In this document: positions 54,625-64,000 of the stretch, piece after piece
Numbering within the stretch: the first letter of the stretch is position 1
How the letters are laid out: every line of letters begins with the position of its first letter
Position numbers and translations under genes: made by a program
Assembly: GCA_002104945.1 (NCBI GenBank)
Contig: MCFH01000009.1
Coordinates: 434,001-498,000 of the forward strand
Source of the DNA: Piromyces finnis finn
Lineage: Eukaryota; Fungi; Neocallimastigomycota
Direction: 5' to 3'
Length of the DNA: 64,000 nt
The notes under the pieces: model-generated
Seen by the model: only the letters and a program-made list of their open reading frames with translations
What the model was told of the DNA's origin: nothing
Database searches by the model: none

Positions 54625-56691
54625 ATGCCTTCATATGAATTACCAATCAATGATGATACAGAAGTTTTCTTTCATAAGGAAGATGATAATGTATCAATAA
54701 AGAAAAAAATAAAAAAACCTTTTCCAAAACTTCAAGTGTTTTTGGCGTTATTATGTGTGTTGCCCGAAGCATTTGCTGATTCCTTAACTGTTCCATATAT
54801 TTATAATATGGTTAAAGATTTTAAAGTAGCTAAAAAAGAAGAAGATATTGGTTTTTATGTTGGATTATTAGGTTCTGCTTTTTATTTTTCTCTTTGTATA
54901 ACAAATATTTTTTGGGGCCATCTTTCAGATAAATTTGGTCGTAAGCCAGTTCTTTTATGTAATATCGTTGGTACATGTATCGGAATTATCGTATTTGGTA
55001 GTAGTCAATCCTTTTTCGTAGCATTGTTAGGGCGATTTATTGCTGGTTCATGTTCTGCCAATGGAACTGTTGCGAAAGGAATGTTAGGCGATGTTATTGA
55101 TGAAAGTCAAAGGTTTGTTTCTGAATAATTAATTAAATAGTAATCCAATACGTTATATCAATCTATCCTTTAAATAAAAACTAAAAAAATTCTAATATAT
55201 TTCTATTATAACTAAAAAAAAAAAAAAAAAAAAAAAAATAGAACAATTGGATATTCATTTTATGGTGTTACATGGGGTATTGCTTCGATGGTAATAAATA
55301 TTTTTTTTAATAAAATAATTATAAATATTATGAATAAATAACATTAACAAAAAAAAAAAAAAAACAAATACTCTTAAAATTTTAATAATAAAATATGTTT
55401 TTATTCTCTATTTATATTTTAGGTTGGACCATTAATTGGAGGTTCTCTTGCTAATCCAGCTTTAAAATATGGAATATTCAACAATAGCTTTTGGTTAAAA
55501 TACAATTATTTATTACCATCAATATTTGTAATGACACTTGGTGTTATTTCATTTGTTGCATCCTATAAACTTTTAAACGAACCAAGTAAAAATAATCCTT
55601 ATAATATTATAGATGAAGAGTATATTGAGCTTTATAATAATGATAACTCAAATTACAGAGAATGGGATGAACGTGAACAAAATAGTTCATCTAGTACATT
55701 AATCATAAGAAATCGTGATGATGATACATTCTCTAATAGCGTAGATTCAGAGACTTCCACAAAAAAAGATTTAGGATTATTCCAATCTATAAAAATTATT
55801 TTTTCTAAATCATCATGGATAGCAATTGTATGCTACTGTATGTTATCCTTAGCGACTATGCTTTTCTTTACAGTAAGTATAATAATATTAATACGTAATC
55901 ATTAATATATTATAACTCATCGCTTAAATAATAATATATTAAAACTAATACTATTGGTAATGATTAGGTTTTTCCATTATGGGCAGCTACATCAATTAAA
56001 CTTGGTGGTTTAGGATTTGATGAAAAATCAATTTCATATTCAGCCCCAATTATGGGTATATCAAAAATTATTATTCAATTAGTTGTTTATCCACCAATTG
56101 CTAAGCACATGTCTTCCACCCAAGGTTATAGATTTGGTTTAGTATTATTGATGGCATTTTCTATCTTTACACCATATATATCATCATACGTTGATAAAGC
56201 TAAAATATTATGGACTCTTTTAATTGTTTTCCTATCACTCTTTTCTGCGTCTGATGCATTTGCCTATCTTTCTGTCATTATAATGATTACTGAAAGTGTT
56301 ACCAGTGAACATTTAGGCTTTATGCATGGATTTTCAGGTAAATTAAGACATTCTAATAACAATTATTATATAATTCAAATCAACTATATAAATATAGATT
56401 AAAAAAAAAAAATAGAAATAGAAATAAGAAATAATAGTAATAGTAATTATAGCAGTCAATAATAATCATTAATAACATCAAATTTAAAACATTTATATAT
56501 ATATATAAATAACAGGAATGTGTGTTTCAATTATGAGAATGATTGGACCTACTCTAGCTGGAAGTATTTGGTCTTTTTCAATTAATAATTCTTTTGGATT
56601 TCCATTAGATGAACATTTAATTTTTATATTTATTTTTATTCTTTGTACTATTGGTTTTGTAATGAGTTATATGGGATTTAAACCACGTTAA
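54625..56691 (+). CDS. Major facilitator superfamily transporter (ZIFL/YCR023C-like), 5 exons
   Basis: PYIYNMVKDF..EEDIGFYVGLLGSAF, WGHLSDKFGRKPVLL, GRFIAG...NGTVAKGMLGDV, GPLIGGSLANP, RMIGPTLAGSIWS. Confidence 0.93.
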
Positions 56692-57752
56692 ATCAAAAGC
56701 ATGACCTATATCGAAATATTAATGATAATTGATAAATAACCCGCAAAGAAATATAATATATATAAATTGTATACAATAGAAATAAATAAAAATAAAAATA
56801 AAATAAAAAAAAAAAAAAAACAGAATTAATAAAAAAAAAATAAAGAAATTAAAAAAATAAAATAACAAATAACAAATAATAGCTTTTATAGAATAGCAAT
56901 AATGATTTTTTTATTCATATAAATATTATTAGAATTCAAAATTACAATGATAAAAGGGTATATAAATTTCGATAAAAATATGATTTATGGACAATAAATA
57001 TAAGGAATTAAATATATATTAGTATTTATTTCAATTATTTTTTTTTTATTTTCGTTTATAAAAAGAAAAGAATATAAGAAGAATAGAAAGGAATAGATAC
57101 AAAAAAGATCTTAAAATAATTTATACAATAAAATGCATATATATATATATATGAATTGAATAATAATGATGAATTTACAATTAGTACCATATTATAATAA
57201 ATTTATATATAATTAAATTTTATAAATTGAAAATGAACTTTGGAAATTTTTTTTTCATATTAAAGTTATAGAGATTCTTACTTTGTGTACAATTAATTAC
57301 TGATATAATTAACAAAAAAAAAACATCTTATAGATGGTATTTTTAATTATTGAAATCTTACCTATAAAATAATCTTTAAAATTTAATTATAATAAATAAT
57401 TAAGTTTATTTATTTTATATATATTTATTCATTTAAATAACTAAATATTTACTTAGTTCATTCATTTATTTTTTGTTATTTTATATTAATTTAAAATTAT
57501 ACGATACATATATAGTTATTATATAATAATGTCTTATTAAATTATATTGTTTTATATATAAGATTAATTTTATTTTTAAATTATTTTTAAATAGTAATAT
57601 TTTTTTAGTAAAAATTATTTATATTTAAATTTAAAAATATATTACGAACTATATATTGTAATTGTATTTATTAATATTCTTTTTAAAAGTTTAATAATAT
57701 TTAAAAAAAATAATATTAAATATTACTTTAAAATTAAATACAATTATTATTA

Positions 57753-57784
<32 letters not shown>

Positions 57785-59171
57785 AAATAATCAGCATTAA
57801 CTAATAATAAAATTAGATTGAATTATATTAATATCTATAAAAAAAAAAAAAAAAAAAATATTTATATATTATATATATAATATTTTTATTAAACAATTTC
57901 TTTTTTTTCTTATTTTGAATATAATAAAAATTGATTGTTCATTTTTTAAAAAAGAAAGTCAAAATAATACTATAGAACATAAGGAAAGGGAGAATAAAGT
58001 AAAGAATCATAATAACATTAAATATTTGTTTTATATAAAAAGAAATAAAAATAAAAATTTTATTAAATGATTGATACATTATAGAATTTCATTATTAATA
58101 TTTGATGACAAAAAGCTTAATAAAAATAATAATAATAATAATAAATATAAAATAAAAGGTTTCATTTAAAAAGAAAATATACATATTATAAAAAAAGAAA
58201 AGAAAAGAAAAAAAAACGATAATTATTCTTTCAAAGCAATAAGTCATTAATATATTATAAATAAAAAAAAAAAAAAAAAAAAAAAAAACACAATCAAATA
58301 ATATAATTTATAAAAAAAAAACAATATTTTGATATATTATATTCTTTTCTTTTTTTGAAAACAATATTAGTTATTCAAATTTTAATTTTTAAAGTATATA
58401 TTTTCAATAAATACTTTGAGTAATTCAAATAACAAATATTATCAAAACAATTATATCAATTCATTTATATAATCAACAAATTAATAAATCAAATAAACCT
58501 AGAAAAAAAAAAAAAAAAAGCGTTATACTCATATCTTAAATATTTGCTATTTATATATTATTTATGCAACAATTTTATATATATATTAAATTCAGTACAG
58601 CATAAAACAAAAAATAATTATATATTGATTATAAATAAGAATATATATAAATAATATCTAACAGTGATGATGAAAAGGCATAATATAATATAAAGATTAT
58701 TTATACAATATTTTTTCATATTAAATCAATGCAAAGCATAAAATATAAAAAAAAAGTCAAAATTATAAAAAGCTTTTTAAATACATCATTTTTATAATAT
58801 ATAAAAATATATAAATATATAAAAAGTAAATTGTATAGTTTCAATAAAATAGAATAGCAAAATATAGTAGTTGCTTTTTGTTTATTTTACTATTTTCTTT
58901 TTTTTTTTTTTTTTTTTTTTTGAAATATCAAAAACAAGAATTATTATATATTTATGATTATAAGGAAATAAAAGCAATGACATAAAAAATAAAACGAAAA
59001 ACACTTATTTAAAAAAAAAAAATTAATAAATAAAAAAAAATCTAACATTTATTTTTGTTTATATATCAATATTATTATATAAATTTATGTAATTATTAAC
59101 TATTATCAACACTAATGTTAAAATAATAATGAAATGTATTGAAAGCAGAAGATATATAATAATTAAAAAAC

Positions 59172-61715
59172 ATGTCAAACGAAATTCAGGATAATGGATG
59201 GAGATTTGCTCAATGTTTCGGTGAAAAGGGCGATCTTGAAGAAATAAATGAAGGTATTATTTAATATGAATAAAAAGAACAGAAAAATATATTTATCAAT
59301 AAAATAAGACTATTTCAAGCATTCGTATAATGATAATGATAATAATAAAGAAAAGCATAAATAGTTACCATTTTCAATGTATCATCCATTTCAATTTTAT
59401 GTATAATCCATGACAGTAATAAAAAAAAATAAAAAATATTATTATTTTTTAGTAAATATATAAGAATTATAAAAAGAAATAAATTTACTTAATTGTCCAT
59501 AACATAAATATCATAAAAATAATAAAAATTAATTTATTAGCCGGATAAATATTTGAATTTTAAAATATATAAAAAAAAAAGACTTTAATAAATATATAAA
59601 TATTTTAAAGTAGATAAAATATAATTTATTAAAATAAAATAATTATTTTTTACTAAAAAATAAAAATAGCCGATATTATTTCTGCAGTTGAATTTGATGA
59701 AACCGGTGATTATTTAGCTACTGGTGATAAGGGTGGTAGAGTTGTTTTATTCGAACGTAATGACACAGTATGTATTTTATAAAAAAAAAATTATAATTAA
59801 AATATAATCATTGATTTATTTAATTAAAAGTGTTAAAAATAACAAACTTAACATTTAAAATCAATAAATAATTTAAACCAAAATTAAAAAATAAATTATA
59901 TTTTCTAAAATCTAAATAATGAATAGAAAAAGAAATGTGAATATAAATTCTATACTGAATTCCAATCTCACGAACCAGAATTTGATTACTTAAAAAGTTT
60001 AGAAATTGAAGAAAAAATTAATAAAATTCGTTGGTGTAAAAGACAAAATGCTGCTCACTTCTTATTATCTACTAATGGTAATTTATTAAAATATTTAATT
60101 CTTTTTAAAATTAGATATAATATTAAAAATTTAATAACTTATAAATTATAAACTTCTAAACAATTAATTTAAAAAAATAATATATATAATACGCTTCACA
60201 ATATTTTATTTGATTTTTAAAAATAATATTTTCCAAAAAATATAAATCAATATTATAAATATATGAATAAATAATTATTAGATAAGACAATTAAATTATG
60301 GAAGGTTTTTGAAAAATCAATTAAAGTTGTTTCCGAAAATAACTTATCTGATGGAATGCAAAAGCCAACTTCCTTTACTAAAGAAAGTTTAAAATTACCA
60401 ACTTTAATTCACCATGATACCATTATTACTGCTGTTCCAAGAAAAATATATCAAAATGCACACACTTATCATATTAACTCTATATCTGTCAATTCTGATG
60501 GTGAAAGTTATCTTTCTGCTGATGATTTAAGAATTAACTTATGGAATTTAGAAATTTCAAACCAAAGTTTCAGTATCCTTTTTTCATAATTATATTTCTA
60601 TTATTTATAAATAATATTTTTTACAATAATTTATAATAATCATTTTATAAAGAAAGTTATTATTTTTCTTAATTTCTTTTTTTTTTTTTTTAATAATTTT
60701 AAGATATTTTGGATATTAAGCCAGTAAATATGGAAGAACTTACTGAAGTTATTACAGCTGTAGAATTCCATCCAACTCATTGTAATACCTTTTTATACAG
60801 TAGTAGTAAGGGTACTATTAAAATCGGTGATATGAGAGCCGCTGCTCTTTGTGATCAACATGCTAAAGGTATTTATATATATATATATATAATTTACATA
60901 TTTAATTAAAAAAATATATATATTTAATAAGATTTATTAATATTAAATAATTATCATTATTTTAAAAATGAAAAATAAACAGTATACGGTGAGGATGATG
61001 ATAGTACCAACAAGACTTTCTTCTCTGAAATTATTTCATCTATATCTGATGTCAAATTTAGTCCAAATGGTCGTCACATTATTTCAAGAGATTATCTTAC
61101 TTTAAAGATTTGGGATGTTAACATGGAATCAAAACCAGTTCAAACTATCTTAATTCATGATTTAAGAAACAAACTTTGTGACTTATATGAAAGTGATTCA
61201 ATCTTTGATAAATTCGAATGTACTATGGATGGTACAGGACTGTATCCTTTTTCTATTTATATATATATAAATATTATTGCTATTATTATTACTTTTATCG
61301 TTCAAAATTAAAATATTATAATTATCACTTAACCAATCTTTTTACCATAAAATAATATATAAAATATTAAATATTAAAAATCATTTCAAATTCATATTTT
61401 TCATCATTTGATTTATAAATAAATAGTAACATATTAAGTGGTTCTTACAGTAATTACTTCCATGTATATAATCATGAAACTGAAAATGATATAGTATTAC
61501 AAGCTGATAAGAGTGTATTCCAAACTAAATACACTGGATCCGTAAAGAACAAGGGTCTTGAATGCCAAGTTTCACCACAAAAACGTGAAGAATTATACTA
61601 CAACATTAACTCCTTAGATTACAACAAAAAGATATTACAAGCTTCATGGCATCCAAAGGAAAATATTGTTGCTCTTGCTGCTACAAATAATTTATTCTTA
61701 TTCCAAAAAGTTTAA
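59172..61715 (+). CDS. CDC55: Protein phosphatase 2A B55 regulatory subunit, 7 exons, two U12-type introns
   Basis: [134 protein letters not shown]. Confidence 0.98.
60573..60703 (+). other. U12-type (minor) GT-AG intron in PP2A-B55
   Basis: Donor |GTATCCTTTT; TTTCTTAAT branch-like site at 60665-60673; splicing restores QSFNILDIKP. Confidence 0.85.
61242..61426 (+). other. U12-type (minor) GT-AG intron in PP2A-B55
   Basis: Donor |GTATCCTTTT; splicing at AAATAG|T restores [16 protein letters not shown]. The branch site is less clear (CACTTAAC 61326-61333 is distant; TCATTTGAT is near the 3' end). Confidence 0.75.
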
Positions 61716-62486
61716 AATCGATTTTTAAAAACTGAAATCAACCTGATTAATCAAAAGCATTACATTCATTCAAAAACATATATATATATAATATATATAA
61801 ATTGAAAGAAAGAAAAAAAGAAAGAAAGAAAAAAAAAAAAAAAAGTTAATAGTAAAAAAAAGTAATATATATAAAAAAAAAATGCTATAAAAATATATAT
61901 TAATAATAATACATTTTATTTATTATTATTAATTGGAATGAAAAAAAAAATTTTAGAATAATTTATATAAATATATTTTAATAATATAAATAAAAAAAAA
62001 GGTTAAAAAAATTAATAATAAAAATAATAATAATAACAATAATAATAAAAGCATAATTATAATGTATATTTAATAAATATGTTTTTATAATAATTATATA
62101 TAAAAAAAAATAAATAAAAAAAAATAAAAAAATAATAATAATAAATAAATAAATTTATATATATATAAAAAAAAAAATTAATTATTATAATAGAATTTTA
62201 TAAAACATGTAAAAAAAAAAAAAGGTAGAAATATAATAATATGTAACCCTATTTTTTTATATATATCTTGGAATTTCTTTTGGCGAAAATCTTTCAATTT
62301 CTAGTTTTATCAAAACTGTACAAAAAATATATATATATAGAAATCATTATACTCCTTTAAAAACCTTTTCACCAGTAACTATTATTGATATAGGAAGAAT
62401 ATATTCCTTCCTTCTACATTAAACACAAATAAAATAATTTTTTAATTATACAAAGAAGAAAAAAAAAAATTACTTTAAAATATATA

Positions 62487-62487
<1 letters not shown>

Positions 62488-62577
<90 letters not shown>
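62488..62577. repeat. (TTA)n microsatellite, ~30 units
   Basis: Perfect run between the convergent 3' ends of CDC55 and RPC1. Confidence 0.97.
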
Positions 62578-63063
62578 TTATTTATATTCAATAGTTTTTA
62601 TTTTTAATGAAATGGGGAAAAAAAATCTATAAAATTTTTTGTTATAAAAAATATATATTATATTTAATATTAATAAATAAAAATTTTTTATAAAATTATA
62701 CATAAATAGTTTAAAAAAAAAAAAAATACAAATTTTTAACAAAAGGAAAAAATGAAAATAGGTTGTTTGATTTATGTATATATATTATATATTTAAAAAT
62801 AAAATAAAAAAAAATCACTATTTAAATAGTTAAAAAATAATTGAATATATAAAAGAATAAATCATTTTAAATGTGTAAAAGTTTTGTATAAAAAAATTAT
62901 TTCTATTCTCTATAAATTATTCTTTTATATTATCATTTAAAAAAATTTTTTTATTTTGTTTTTCTAATGTAAATTAAAGATTATATATATTTTTGATATT
63001 ATCTTTTCTGTAGAAATGTAGAAATGAATAAATCTAGTTTTATATAGCTTTGTCTTTATGTTT

Positions 63064-63942
63064 TTATAATCTTAAATGATGAGTTTGACTGTCAAATAAT
63101 AAGTTATGTGGTTTTGGTAATTCTTTCTCTGTCGTATTAAAATTAAAAAAAAAAAAAAAAAAAAAGGTTAAGGAAAATAAAATATATTTATATTATGATA
63201 ATTAATAAATTTAAATAATAATATATATATTAAAAAGTTATAATAATTATTATTATTATATAAAAAGGATATTTTTGAAGTAATTTAAATATGCCTGTTC
63301 CAACATGCATTGGTATACCCATAATAACACATTCACTAACACCATCAATAGAATCTTTCTTGCCATAGAAAGAAGCATCAAAAAGATGATCAGTAGTCTT
63401 TTCAAATGAAGCCAACATTAATACACTATCCTTCATCTTAGCAATACCAAAACGAGTAATACCTAAAATTTCACCCTTGAAGGTCATCAAATCACTAAGA
63501 AGCATACAATGACGGAAATCTAATTGCATACCGTGGCTTTGCATAGTATATTGAATTTCCTTAATAATAGAATTTCTATATAAAGAGTAAAAAGGAAAAA
63601 AAAAAAAAAAAAAAAAAGAATGAGATATACATTTTTAAATAATCGATTTAACATTGCTATAATAAATATATTTACCTAGCAGCTTCAATACCCAATACTT
63701 GTTGCATTTCAATAATATGATTTGTTGAGGATTCTAAACCATTAACACCTAATAATAATATATACGAATTATATGTTTAATTATATGAAACTATTATAGA
63801 AGGCTAATTTTTTCTCTTCGCTTTTACCATTATTTACTTACCATCAATAGCCATAACTTCTCTTAAACCATAACCTTCGACGAGTAATTTCAATCCATCC
63901 TTTTCTTCATTAATAACTGCACGATTAATAGAAGGAATGCCC
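63064..63942 (-). CDS. RPC1: RNA polymerase III largest subunit, 3' exons only (gene continues beyond the window)
   Basis: [109 protein letters not shown]; last exon reached through an AT-AC intron. Confidence 0.96.
63134..63272 (-). other. U12-type AT-AC intron (last intron of RPC1)
   Basis: Minus strand: CAA AA|ATATCCTTTTT (starts 63272) ... TTTTCCTTAAC (63177-63167) ... T-tract ... TAATAC|G (ends 63134); the in-frame join gives a plausible RPC1 C-terminus. Confidence 0.92.
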
Positions 63943-64000
63943 TAATGTTTTTTATTTTTGAAATTTACATATATATTAATTTTATTATTTCATTATCATA

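Overview
Extremely AT-rich, intron-dense eukaryotic DNA. It looks like an anaerobic gut fungus (Neocallimastigomycota), inferred from the composition, long homopolymer and microsatellite tracts, a flagellar gene and a bacterial-type AAA/PD-(D/E)XK gene. All gene models were spliced by eye and named from remembered motifs; no database search was run. Genes in order: a decayed tandem AAA-ATPase-like/PD-(D/E)XK locus (4.1-7.7 kb), a ~1222-aa two-exon protein with a SUKH/SMI1-KNR4-like motif, a GRAM+TM protein, a DMT/nucleotide-sugar-transporter-like protein, an Rrn6/TAF1C-like protein, a mitochondrial-carrier-family protein, an orphan degenerate 28S rRNA fragment, a thioredoxin-fold membrane protein, GOS1, an Rrn9-like protein, DRC8/EFCAB2, a TLC-domain protein, CDC73, RPA1, an MFS transporter, PP2A B55 (CDC55) and the 3' end of RPC1. 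The strongest unexpected signal is minor-spliceosome (U12-type) splicing. RPC1 has an AT-AC intron with a consensus ATATCCTTT donor and TTCCTTAAC branch site, and the PP2A-B55 gene has two GTATCCTTT introns. That is about 3 of roughly 75-80 introns I could parse here. Second is the 28S fragment, whose indels cluster at the I-PpoI/R2 target site.
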